64,000 nt of DNA from Selaginella moellendorffii (lineage: Eukaryota > Plantae > Lycopodiophyta): assembly GCF_000143415.4 (NCBI RefSeq), contig NW_003314366.1:524132-588131 (forward strand), read 5' to 3'. The first letter of the stretch is position 1. Each line of letters opens with the position of its first letter. The position numbers and the translations under genes were made by a program. Shown in pieces: positions 11,601 to 24,934 of this stretch. A model generated the notes under the pieces. The model worked only from the letters and a program-made list of their open reading frames with translations. It had not been told where the DNA came from and did no database searches.

Positions 11601-14600
11601 CTATAACCTTGTTTAGTATAAATAATGATAATTTTATACATAGGGATTATGCCCTTTAAAGCTTTATAGGTAAGGTCTATACCTATATATTTCGAGGTTT
11701 ATTGGCATTACTACTATAGTAAGCCTAGTTATTATGCCTCATTTGTGGAATGAGTGGTATAAGGTCTTGGTATGCAATATATTCTTTTTGTAAATTGGCC
11801 TATTATTCACTCTTAGGAACCTAGCTTCCCAATTAATTTTGAAATGGGGATGGCTTTCCTTTAGAGGCCAAATATCTAGGACATTTCTTATATGAAAGTC
11901 CCAAAAATTTCTTGAGTAACAAATGTTGTTTTACATAGCATATCTATCTTGCTCATGTGTGGTCTACCTTAAAAGATTTTTATTCCACAAAATTTTGTTG
12001 CATATCAATCTAAATTTGTAATTGATCCAATGTCTATTAGCTTAGTTATTAGCAAATATATTTCCATCTATGGGTATCCAAGCTTTATTGTGAACTATTA
12101 AAGTTCCTACAATAGCTTTTTTGCCTAAGATTATATAAAATTGTAGTAGTAGGTAAAATTTATAAATCCTTTATATATTATAATAATTAAAATTTGCATC
12201 TAGCTCATATAGGTAGACTATCTCTCTGTCTAGGAAGAATCCTAGTACTATTTTCTTTTTGTATAGGTAACTCCACAGATATAAATCTTGCTTAAATTGT
12301 GTACCTACAAAGTAATCTAAATGTATTATCACATTTTCTTTGACAATAGTAAAGATACCAAGAGTCAGACTTTTGTATATCTTGAGTAGAATATTGTCAA
12401 GTATCTCGCTCGATAATTCGTCAAGTAGTTTAAGAAATTTTGTTAAATCTATCATTCATTGGCTTAGTTAGGCACATAAGATAATTTAACTTTTGTTTTC
12501 TTATACTTTTGCTTAGTCACACAAACTGGGGATCAATCAACTTTTGTCTAGGTCTATAAGCAAAATATATCTTCTAATAGATGTGGTGGATTGTTAGTAA
12601 ACATTCTTATTTTATCTACCTCAATTCCCCCATTCAACTTCTATCAGAAGAATGGAGGGTTGTCAATCCTCAATTTCTCCATATAGGTGCTCAGGAGTCT
12701 TTTCCTTTCTACTCGTACCTAATGTGGTTAAGATTAATTCAATGCAAAGTCTCTGGCACGTGATACCCAATTCTAGAGTAATTTGCCTGCTTCATAATGG
12801 GTCTTACCCTCTAGCTTATAACCAACTTTGCCCTTACAAATGTGGAATTAGAAAGAGTGGGCTATTGCTTTGGAAAATTTTTAATAAACCTCTTTTAAAT
12901 GGATCAACACTAAAGACTAATCTAAACAAGGCATGGAGACCATTCCATGAAATTGCCTTGTGAAATCAACACAATAGTCAAATTGTCTAGCATATGATAG
13001 TATGTTCTAGATTGATTTGTTTGAAATGACGTTAAGTAGTTTTTCAAATATATAAAAGCTATATAATAGCTAATTTTCAAAACTTTGTTTCAGATTTAGA
13101 CAAAAATTGTTTTTAAAGACAAATTTCTCTCTAGCCTCTTCGCTAACAAGCAGTAATGGTCAATATAAATCTCTACTCAAGCTTGTATGACAGATTTTTG
13201 AGTTTTGAAATGTATTTCAAAATTTCTAAGAGTGTCTGAGGCTATTTCACTTTTTCAGACAAAACCCTTTTTTAATATCTCTAAGCTTTTTCTATTTCTT
13301 TAAAGATCAAAGTGATAGTAGTAGTGTTTCCAAGACTGATGTCTATACCTAGCAGCAAGCTCCACAACTTTTTATTCTGCGTTTATGGCATAAATCCTCT
13401 CGACTGCTTCATCTGGTAAAAGTTTGATTAGCACATGGGGTGATTTATGCATTCCAAATGTAGGCAGAAATTGAGCTATAACTTTTACTGAAGTATTTGT
13501 ATAATTTTACCTATGTGGTAAATATTCACTAGGTATGTGAAGAGGTATATACATTTGTGGATTACATCTCATAAAGGTGGTTCACACCTTGTAAAGGGTA
13601 TTTCATGCCTAAAGTGGTGAATATTTCCCCTAGTAATTGAGCGTCGTTTAACTGGTTTGAAAGGTGAATTTTCACCTCTTTGTCTATGCCTCACTTCAGA
13701 CGATATAAGGCGCATTTCACGTGACTGCTCTTGATTCCTCTCTATGGGCTTAGATATGATGTGATTGCTCTCAAAATTTATAGGAGAGTGACACCTTTCA
13801 CATTGAGCAATATTTGTAAGCTCTTTATGTATAAAAAAATAAGCCTTTATTAATTCACTTAAGTGTACTAGGTATAGAGTGGTATTTTCAACTTGTGAGT
13901 CTTGTTCAAGTCTTATAAGCTCTTGCAATTTACGTAGGAGACTTAAACTTGAGACAAGTCTACTCTCAAAGCATGTTGAAGTAGTTGTCTAAGCTAAAGG
14001 ACCTTGGATCAAAGCCTTAAAACAACACAATGTTTTAATTGTGATTCTACCTCTGTCAAAGCCTTGTAAAATTTAAGTGAATAATTCCTCAATTTGTTTT
14101 TCATAAGGCTGGCTTTAGCTCTCTTTAAGCTGGAGTTGAAAACAAGAGTTATAAGTGCCCAATTTTTCTACTTGTATATGCCTAAAAAAATTGTGACACA
14201 CTACTGAAAAATATATCCTTTAAAAATCTAAGTGAGAACTTGCTCAAAAGAAAAGAATTCTAGAGTTGTTGATTATGTTTTTTACATCAAACAAACTCCA
14301 TTCCTTCTTCTTTTAGATTTTTCTCAAGAAATTGCTGATAAAACAATTTAAACTTAAGTTTTTAAACAATGTATGCTGAATTCTAATTTCAAACTCATCC
14401 CATGCTCTGTGGCTTATATGAGGGTTTAAAAACTATCTTTCTTGCATTGTCTGGGCACTAAGCCACTGCAATCACAAAATCATTCTCTTTAGTTTCTTAC
14501 AGTTTGTCACTATTTTGCAAGTAGGGGCGAGAACATGAGTATAGGTAGAAAAAGCCTTACTCATTTTTAGTGATCATAGTGGGATAAGCCATCACTCTTT

Positions 14601-15099
14601 GGTTTGAAAAACAACCAGGAAAAAATTGCTTATGAATTCCAAACGTGCTCAATACTAGGAATCACAAGTAGATCTTTTCAATGATTACAAAGGCTCTGAG
14701 CCCAAACAATATTGGACAAAAGAACTCTTTTAAAAGACGATCCATTAATGTTAAATATAAAGGGAAAGGGCCTATGAACAAGAGTGCACCTCTTTTTCCA
14801 ATTACTTAAGGATTTTGGGATATTTGGAGTTAAGTGTCCTTGGGTTTGAATAGTACTAGACTGGGTGGCCTCCCGATAAGTCCAAATTCAGGAGCTTACA
14901 TTTAGTATCGAAGTGGGTCTCGAGTCCAACTCTATTAGTTGGCTTAAAAGAATCACACCATATGTTGAGACTGACATTTAATAAGTCCAATTTGCCTCCA
15001 ATTGTGCTTGACTCAAGGGGTAGGGTGTCAAGAGAGTTGCGGCTTTTAACTTTCGTTCACGAGGGCATGAACTTGCAGAAAAGTGTGATGGATTGTAAG

Positions 15100-15818
15100 N
15101 NNNNNNNNNNNNNNNNNNNNNNNNNNNNNNNNNNNNNNNNNNNNNNNNNNNNNNNNNNNNNNNNNNNNNNNNNNNNNNNNNNNNNNNNNNNNNNNNNNNN
15201 NNNNNNNNNNNNNNNNNNNNNNNNNNNNNNNNNNNNNNNNNNNNNNNNNNNNNNNNNNNNNNNNNNNNNNNNNNNNNNNNNNNNNNNNNNNNNNNNNNNN
15301 NNNNNNNNNNNNNNNNNNNNNNNNNNNNNNNNNNNNNNNNNNNNNNNNNNNNNNNNNNNNNNNNNNNNNNNNNNNNNNNNNNNNNNNNNNNNNNNNNNNN
15401 NNNNNNNNNNNNNNNNNNNNNNNNNNNNNNNNNNNNNNNNNNNNNNNNNNNNNNNNNNNNNNNNNNNNNNNNNNNNNNNNNNNNNNNNNNNNNNNNNNNN
15501 NNNNNNNNNNNNNNNNNNNNNNNNNNNNNNNNNNNNNNNNNNNNNNNNNNNNNNNNNNNNNNNNNNNNNNNNNNNNNNNNNNNNNNNNNNNNNNNNNNNN
15601 NNNNNNNNNNNNNNNNNNNNNNNNNNNNNNNNNNNNNNNNNNNNNNNNNNNNNNNNNNNNNNNNNNNNNNNNNNNNNNNNNNNNNNNNNNNNNNNNNNNN
15701 NNNNNNNNNNNNNNNNNNNNNNNNNNNNNNNNNNNNNNNNNNNNNNNNNNNNNNNNNNNNNNNNNNNNNNNNNNNNNNNNNNNNNNNNNNNNNNNNNNNN
15801 NNNNNNNNNNNNNNNNNN
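15100..15818. other. Assembly gap (N run)
   Basis: Run of N. Confidence 1.
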
Positions 15819-15819
15819 A

Positions 15820-16520
15820 TCGATAGAGTGTGGCATTTATGTTGCATTTTGTTAATTGAGTTGGCACTTAGTACTTACATAAATCTTTGTAGTAATAACA
15901 TGGGTGTTACTTATGATGTCACTCAATTGATGATCAAGTAATTGTGATACTTATATTATATTCATGTGGTTGTGAGCAATATATTTTACAAAGTTACTTG
16001 GTCAAATGATAATCAACTCTAAAATGGTTGATAATGAAGCTAGTCTAATTGCATGAAGTAGCATTGTAATAACTTTTGACTAGATTCTCAAGAGTGATTC
16101 ATTTTATGCTTAGCTTAAGTTTATACCTTGGTTCCTTAAAAATTGCCTATTGAGTTTTGAGAAGGTTATAAGATCTTGAAGATGATTAAAGAAGAGTATA
16201 AATGCAGTATGGATATTTGAAGATGTGGTCTTTATAATCAAGTTTTGGCTTGTCTTTATTGGATACTAGTTATATGAGCATGATGTTTGATGCTTAAGCA
16301 TATTGTTAGATCATGAAAATTTATGTTAAAATGAACTAATGAGAATTTGTAAGTAGGAGGAAGTTGGTTGAGTCTTGAGAAATTGTATTTTTAAATTGAG
16401 AGTCATTCTTTCTCCAAAATGGAATTTTTCACAAATTTCTTAGACTTTTTCTAATGGTTGATTTATTGATCATTTTGCTTGAAAACCATTTTATTTTTAT
16501 GAGCCATTGCAAACTAGTGA
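15820..16520. repeat. Old dispersed repeat, second copy at ~40700-41610 (probable retroelement remnant)
   Basis: Shared blocks such as ttgagttggcactt..tact and ttgagtcttgagaaattgtattt at both loci. Confidence 0.6.
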
Positions 16521-17969
16521 AGAAGTTAAAGTTGACTTCAATTACTTTAGACCTTAGTAAGTAGTTTGTATGATGCACTCAAAAAGGATATTAACTTTTG
16601 AGGTTAAAGCAATTGAGTTGGATAGAGTCTAGTGTTAGGGTAAAAAAGTGGTTATTATGTTTTTCTAGAAAACTTAAATGCTCTAGGAAATAACTTTAAG
16701 CATCTTTATCACTCATAATGCATTTTTTAGCAAAGGCATTAACATAGTGTATAAAGTCCCCACACTACTTTAACTATTGCAACTCTATGTGAAGTCTCAA
16801 AAGATCATTTGGCATGTGTTCCTTATAGATACATGACTGCATTTTAGTTCAACTTCTAATTTATCCTTTTTCAGTGCACACTTGATGCCACTATATTTTG
16901 GAATGATCAGTGAGAAATGATTGCACACATGCAACTTTTGTATGATCATCTACATCTACTTCTAGGTAATAGTTTTCCATAGTGTAGACCCATTCTACTA
17001 AAATCTGATAGTCTTACATACCTCTGAAATTTGGTAGTTTCAGGGGTTTGAACTTTGAAACTCGTGCAATCAAAGGTGATGTAGAACTTTATTATCTTTA
17101 GAATTTGAAGAAGTTTAGTTGTCTTTGCTTCTTTTTTCCTTTTTCTGTTCTCCTTTAGTTTATGAATTTACTTTCACAAATTTTTAATATCAATATCTTG
17201 AGCTATATATTGTAGTGTAGCCTCTGGCCCAATCTTTTCCTCTTTTAACTAAGCCTCAACCTCTTTTGCAACATCTCTAACAAAACTTTCTTCCTTTTTT
17301 TTTGCTTATCTAGAAGTTTCAGTGTCATTAGCACAATTCCATTCTCCCATCCCACTAGCTACATGCATATCATCTATCAGTAAACAAATATGTATACAAC
17401 AAGTTTAAGAAATGGTGCAATTTAATTAATCCTATACAGGTCATTTTAAATCTATTATAAAAGTCTTTGCATATGCAATTAAAGTCAGTTAAAATTTGGA
17501 TAAGAATCCCTAGGACAATTCCTCTAATACAAAATATAGCACACTTGAATTTGGAGCTGAACTTTAAGCTCGTTACTCTAAAAAACAAGGGTTCAATACA
17601 CACTAAAAATCCCCTACAAACATCAACTTTCCATATCAAAAACGATGTCAAATGGTATCTAGCACAATTTTGATATACTAATTGCCTAATGTGAGAAGAT
17701 GGGTACCCCACCAACTAAAGTATCATGGGCTTAGGCCCAAGCCAAATGTAGAACAACAAGCAACATAACCTAATAATGTCTCAATTCGTCAATCATACTT
17801 TTAACCACTATCCCTATTGTATATTTAAAATTTAAAACCCTTTATAGCCCATGTTATTTAATAATTAACTTGCATTAGAGCTATTATTTTACTAAAAACT
17901 CATAATAATAATAATTTTATTTCTCTCACTCACTTAAGAAAACAAAAACATAAATAATTAAATTGAATA

Positions 17970-18821
17970 TTAATTTAAACATTTAGGATGATTATTAGTA
18001 TTTGTAGTCCACCAAACTTTATTTGGTATTGCTGCTTCATAGATTACTAAATTACAATCATTTTGAATAGTGAGAAATGTAAAAAATAAACAATTTTGTT
18101 TTGAGAAACAATTTGTATTTGTAGACCAAATAACTTTCTTAGATTTGGTATATATCACAAGATTACCATCATTTTGAAGTTTAAGATAACACATATAAAG
18201 GCTTTCCAAAAATGGTTTTGAACTCCATAATAACTGCTTTCCAGAATATAATCCAATAACACAATTTGATTGTAAAATAAGAATATTTTTACCATTTGGA
18301 GATGTTAGAAATTCACCAGAAAATAAAATATTATTTAAAAATCCAGCACTTAAAGTTGATGTGGCAATATGACAATATTTGTTGTATGGGATTTGAGTTT
18401 GTAAGACATTACTATAAAGAGTTAATATATCTGTATTGTTTCACCAGTAAAATACATTATATGTAAGTTCATAATGTTTACTTGTTATTCTAGCATAATT
18501 AGAACGTCTATGTTGAATTTCACTTTTATATTTATTCAATAGATATAATAAACCATTTTTTAATGCAAGACCATTAATTCTAGTGTTTGTATCTCGACCT
18601 ATAGAACAATAAGGAGGATTACCATCCATGCGATGAACACTTACAAGTGCTGATTCTCTTCCAAAATCTATAGCTATAGCATCATTATAATTTTGGAAAT
18701 AACTACGAGATGTATTTATATTTTTAGTTAAAGAATCAAAACCATATTCAAAAAATTTATTCATTTCTCTTTTAGATAAAGTGTTATTGTTACCCCATGC
18801 TCTCTCAGCATCTGCATTGAG
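17970..18821 (-). pseudogene. Chimeric gene: unknown N-terminal domain plus C-terminal bulb-type (GNA/B-type) mannose-binding lectin; one in-frame TGA; 5' end lost in gap
   Basis: QNDGNLVIY and QNDCNLVIY (QxDxNxVxY) preceded by NILFSGEFLTSPNG; ORFs 18441-18764 and 17970-18209 are in one frame separated only by TGA at 18441-18443. Confidence 0.8.
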
Positions 18822-18921
18822 NNNNNNNNNNNNNNNNNNNNNNNNNNNNNNNNNNNNNNNNNNNNNNNNNNNNNNNNNNNNNNNNNNNNNNNNNNNNNNN
18901 NNNNNNNNNNNNNNNNNNNNN
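18822..18921. other. Assembly gap (100 N)
   Basis: Run of N. Confidence 1.
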
Positions 18922-21131
18922 GAACTAAAATTTTACTATAAATAAAATTTTAAAAGATGTAATTTCATTTTTAAATATAACAAATAAGTTACACATACTT
19001 TTGACCTTTATAGATATATTTGATAATATACCTTAATAAATAAAAAGTTAAATTATATACTATTAAATAGTAATACTGAAATATAAAAAGTGTTAAGAAA
19101 GTTACTTTTGTTTTAGTGTAATAAATAATACTAAAAACTTTAGAAAAAATATACTCTTTATTAACTTTTTATTCTAAGTGTAATATAACTATTTATATTT
19201 AAATTTTTAATTTGTTTTTAGTTTTATTATCCTACACATATATTATACATTACTGCCAACTAGTGACTTAAGAGAAATCATTAATTCAATATTCCTAGAT
19301 TAGAATTTTAATATGGCTAATTTTAATCTAGGGCTATGGGTGGGGTTTCATATGTCCCCCCCAAAATTTATCCTAGTGCCTGACATCCGTAGAACAAATT
19401 AAAAACTAATAAAATAATTTCATTTTTAAAATGGTAATTATTATTTATAAAAGTAGCTGAGTTGGCAAAAAAAACATTAATGATCTGGAATTTTAAAGGG
19501 GGTTTTAAGTATGGGGATAGGTGCAGGACATATGTAATGCAGACTCCTAGGATCGCTCAAAAGGACCCCAAGTTTCTAGTGCATCCCTGCCTTGATCCTG
19601 GATTCCCTTCTCATTGCCAAGGTCTTTGGAGACCTATGATGATAGTCTAGTGATCCAGCCCAGCTTCCATAAATACAAAGCTAGTGTCACTTCAATCCCC
19701 CATGTTGTGCATACCAAAGGATCAAAGTGTTCTAGAACACCATACTATGGTGAAAATGCTATTTTTCTATGTTTGTTCTTACTATGTTATAATGATCTTT
19801 GCAGGATAATAGAGGCAAACTAGCAATCTCTTGGTTATAACTTTTGATATGACCTAGCCATTTGCAATGAGAATTCATGTCATTGAAGTTGAGAGCAATG
19901 CTGTGGTGATCAAAATCATGGATGTGTAGCTTTGGAGGAATTCTTTGACCTGCTAAAGTATAAATTACAATAGCTTTTTCAGTTTGGAAGCTTCAATCTA
20001 ATCATATTTCAGTATTAGTAGCCAGATAATAAAAAGAATAGAAAAGTTCAACTCATGATCATTGGTAATATGGTGATTTCTTTATGCTCTTCTCACTTGT
20101 TCTCAACAACACCTAGATCAACTACATTGCCACTTTGCAAAGAATTCTGATGCGTCATTTCTATCTTCAAATCTGTAAAAGGATTATACTCAAGCAAAGG
20201 TGCATTGTTGCTAGATTGGATTGCTCATTTGAAGTGTCTTTAAACTGGCTAGACTTGCATTATAAGCTTGAGAATAGATGAGTAAAGTTCAAGGAGCCCT
20301 AATTCGGTTTGGAGATGCAATATGCAATTCATTTAAGTCAAGTGACTGCTAATTAGACAAATTGCTGGAAATCCCTTATGAAGTTTTCTCCAGTATAACA
20401 CTCTAGAACTTACAAGCAATCCAAGATGTTTGTCTCATGTATGGGAGCAATAAATCAAGCCCAATGATGCCAGTGTAATTGATGTCATCTTCTCAGAGTT
20501 TTGCTAATTATAGCAGTAAACAAAAACCACATGGTTGAGCCTTTGAGAAATATTCCACTATAAGAATATTCAAGGGTGGAGGGATATTCTAGGGTATATT
20601 TCCCTCACTTGTTAGGGTTTATTGAGTTTAAATATGTTATCACTCCAAACATCTAGCAAGTTCCATTGAGAAGGATTGTTTCTAGCCAATCCTTCTCAAT
20701 AATTTCTTACTTCTTCAGGCTTGGAGTGATTTTTGGAGGAATTTATATAAATCCTTGCTTTTTAGCAATGTAGCATGTGGTAAAGAAGTCTCTAGGATAT
20801 CAAGCTGTATTATAAAGGATTCCAAATATACATTGGTTGGAAGCATGGTTGACTATATGAAACATTAGTTTCATCTTTTAAGCTATATTGGTCCTTATTT
20901 TGCATCTAACTCCATACTTTGTTGGTTGATGGAGCACTTTTATCCTCACATTAGGCTACCAATATGCTTAAATTTCATTTGGCTCTATTTTATATAGTTT
21001 CTATTCCCAGATATTCTAGATATATTCACTATATCTCTCTTACTTTTAGCATTGGAAATGCATAGGCTTTGAAATCCCAGCTATAGACAAATATTTTGTT
21101 ACAAAGTGTCTTAAGAGGCCTTTGAGAGGGT

Positions 21132-21231
21132 NNNNNNNNNNNNNNNNNNNNNNNNNNNNNNNNNNNNNNNNNNNNNNNNNNNNNNNNNNNNNNNNNNNNN
21201 NNNNNNNNNNNNNNNNNNNNNNNNNNNNNNN
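21132..21231. other. Assembly gap (100 N)
   Basis: Run of N. Confidence 1.
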
Positions 21232-23176
21232 GTTTTTTTTGGAAATATCAATCATATCCCAATTGTATAAACACTTGATTGTGATCCTGGAACACCTCTG
21301 TAAGCTTAAGACTTGGAGCTTATTAAATTCTTGTGTACATTAGCTCTACTCAAAGCCAACCAAGGGTAATGATGACTAAACTGTTCTAAAACCTTGTCAG
21401 CATGTGAAAGGTAAATTCTATGGTAAGGGCTACTTTTTTAGATCCTTTGAGTTTCATATAAGTTGAGAATTTTAAGGTTGCAACAAACTTTATAGATTGC
21501 TCTTGCAAAGCCCCCAAAACATGAGTGATCTTAGCTGTCAGCCAAAATCTATGATCATCATCAAGAGTTGTGACTCTAACCCTATGCAGTGGCATGACAT
21601 GCCATGTGGACTTCTCATGAAGAGAAGTGCATAGATCTCCAACACTCTCTCACTCAATCTGATAAAAAAGCATACTGGAAATCACCTCCTCATCCCATCC
21701 AAGCTTGGGTCAAGTGACACCTCACAACGGCCTCTCTCTGATCACACCAAACAAGCTGTGATCTACACCTAAAGAATAGGAAAGAATATACCTAAAAAGA
21801 TAACCATGCTGCCCTAAAATACTAGCACCTAGATTCTAGAACACCATTCTAGACAATATGATTAATCATGTTTTACATTTACTCAAACTTACGATCATAA
21901 TTAGGATGGAATTCAAATTGGAGAGATGGCATTTAGTATAGTTAAATCTACACTGAACTTGGATGGAACAATATCCAAAAACTTCTTTCCAATGTAAATA
22001 ATATAAATGTGAAAGCACATAATCTTGGAGCTAGAGAATAAAAGTGGGAAGGCAAGTTTAGGCTTAACCTCACCCCACCCTTTCTACATCTAATAATGTT
22101 TCTTGGAGTGTGACTTGAGTTGTGCATTTTTTCTGTGTGGTTTGGACTGGATTGTGCTTGTGTCCAAGATTCTCTTGTTTCAATAGGAATTGTGTTTCTT
22201 AATAGTGTAGTGTCCAAGTACTTTGGATTGAGTGTGTTTGGAGATCCCATGTTGGCATGCTACAAGGCTAAGTCATGTCTGCATGAAAACAATCTCTAAT
22301 TTTTGTTTTAATCTCAAGATCCTCAACTATCATGAATATGATTGTGTGTATCAAAAGTTATTTGTCAATGAGTTCTTTCGGATATTCTTTCCTGATTGCT
22401 ATGACAGTAGTAAGTCAATATTGCTAGACCATTTATCAGTCTCCACCCAAACTAGTTGAGAAATCGGTCATCATATGTGCACTTAGATCGAAAGGGCACT
22501 AAGGGAGGAAATCCTAAATTAACATTTATCCAAGCATATTTAACATGGTGATAAGAAATTTATATTGTTAGCTTTCACTTGCTAGTGTTGGGAATCTCTG
22601 TGATATTGAGTTTAGTCCCTTAATACTTGCTATATAGTAGCTTACTGTGTTCACCAAGACACTCTCATTATCATACCCCATATATTGGTTTCGATTGAGG
22701 GAGGTCTGAGGGGTTCCAAATGTATAATAGCGATATTGGACATGGTTGACCAACTTGAGGTATAATTTAGCTCCCATTCATATGCCTGTCCTTGTTTTAC
22801 ATCTAACTTGGGTTTAATCCCAAATGCCATACTATACTATCTAGTTAAGTATTCATATCCTTGCATGCTGAAATTATACCAAATTTCATTTGGCTCTATT
22901 TTTCTTGTTGATTCTGACATTGGGATGCTAGATACTTTAAGATTGTTTCATTATCACTCTATACTCCTATCCCTTTGCTCTTTGGGTTGTATGCTTAGGA
23001 GTTGCTTTATGCTCCTATCCCTTCACTCCTTGGGTTATACAATTAAGAGTCTTATTATACTTTACTTCTTTCACTCCTTAGTTACATACTTGAGAGTTTG
23101 GCTTCGTCCTTTCATTTAGTGGCCCAAAGCCTTGAACCTAAAACTTAGGTTCTACTCCACTACCCTTGGAAACTTG

Positions 23177-24934
23177 TGTAAGTGACTAAATTTTCCATTC
23201 TACTTTAGTCACTTAACTATACCTTCAACCACTTAGAGGTGTCTCACTCACAATCTCCATAAGTTTTATTCCTGACTTAGGGGCATACTAACCCCGTGAA
23301 TGACATCTATGCCACTCAGACTTTACACTTAGCCCAAGTGCTCTATGTGTACAATCCCATTATGAACACCTAAAAGTACCACTGACATATCAACCTGTTA
23401 TGCTAAAGCCATGTCCATTCACCTTTGTCTCATTGGTAGTCCAAGACCACCTATAACACAGACCCATCTCCCAAAAATTGGGTCATTCATTCATGGGTGG
23501 TCATCCTCTAACCACACCTTAACACCCTTAAGATGCCCAGAGACATGGGGAACACCCTTCCCCATTATCCTTCCATTGGTCTCCACCAAGTCTCACTCTG
23601 TCCATAGTAGTGCTCATCAATACCGCTATTAAGTCAGGGCCTGAAAGCTCGACTATTAAGTCCCATTGACCTCTAGGACTTCTGGGACCATGCCCTTGAT
23701 TACTATGCAATAGAATTGCTCCTCTTCATTCCATAGTTTGGGACTTTGGGATAACATTTCAAAACACCATGGCCCTACACGAGCCTCATAGGTACTCTCC
23801 CCATGTTTAGCCTTTTGGTGCCTTAGCCATGTGGCTAAAGCAAGGTTCCATTAAGCCATACCAAGTATCCAAATAGATAGTGCCACCCATATTTGGATTG
23901 GGAGCATCGATCATTTGATTTCCCAAGGGAGCTAGAGCTAGTTTTTGAACACTTCACTAAGTTACCTTGCTTATTCATCTATGTTTACTTTAGCCTTGGA
24001 TTCCTCAGTGGTTATATAATCACCCACTATATGGGTATAGTCTTCCTTGGTCACATTGGCTTTTCCTAGCTAAATTGGCTCCATTGGAGTCCTCCCCTTA
24101 CTATACTTTTGGAGTTCACCAAACCCTCTAGGGCTTTGGAAACGATCCCTTTGGGCTTTCACCCTTGGACTAAGACTTAGTCTCAGTCTCGGTCTCAGTC
24201 TCAATTTCAATCTTGGTCTTAGTCTCGGTCTCAGTCTTAGTCTCGGTCTCGGTCTCAGTCTCAGTCTTGGTCTCGGTCTTGATCTTGGTCTCAGTCGCAA
24301 TCTTGGATCTGGTCTTAGTTCCCATCTCGAACTTGACCCCAGACTCCATCTCAGACTCCTTCTCGGACTCCACTTCAAACTCCTTCTTAGACTCCATCTC
24401 AAACTCCGTCTGGGGTCCATCTTAGACTCCATCCCAAACTCCTTTGTGGACTCCATCTCGAATCCATCTTGAACTCCTTATTGGATTCCATCTCAAGTCT
24501 ATCTTGGACTTCTTCTCGGACTCCATCTCAAGTCCATCTTAGGTCCATCTTAAACTCCATCCCAGACTCCATTTCAAGTTCAACTTAGACTCCATCTCAG
24601 ACTCCATCTCGGGCTCCACCTTAGACTCCATCTTGGACTCCTTCTCGAACTTTATCTCCATCTCAAACTCCTTTTCAACCTCCTTCTCAGACTCGGTCTC
24701 GAAACTTCCACATATAAAGTGTTGGTCTTCTTTTGTTCCATTTCTAAAGGCTTGCTTATTGATCACTTCGTGCTCTTTTATTGAGCACTTCTTTGGGAGT
24801 TCCACTCCCGCTTTTGACTTTTCAAATTAGAACTTTTAGTCTAAATGTGTTATTCTTGTTTAGCTTTTGCTTTGGCCACTACCACATGGCACCCTTTTGG
24901 CTCCATTTTGGGGCTTAGGGATTTATGTCTCATA
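23177..24934 (-). mobile_element. Family-B 3' LTR (~1.76 kb) with hexamer-periodic array
   Basis: Starts tgtaagtgactaaattttcc at 23177; array ~24170-24700; followed at 24935 by actccaccacccatagaa, the same PPT as the young elements. Confidence 0.8.

Noticed and set aside
11600-15099. Genes in the AT-rich stretch
   Set aside because: Only short ORFs without motifs; probably decayed retroelement non-coding DNA
14962-15867. Long ORFs of 259-297 aa
   Set aside because: Artefacts of translating the N gap
19600-22450. Possible LINE or Copia remnant
   Set aside because: Too degenerate to find a convincing RT or endonuclease motif by eye; left unannotated
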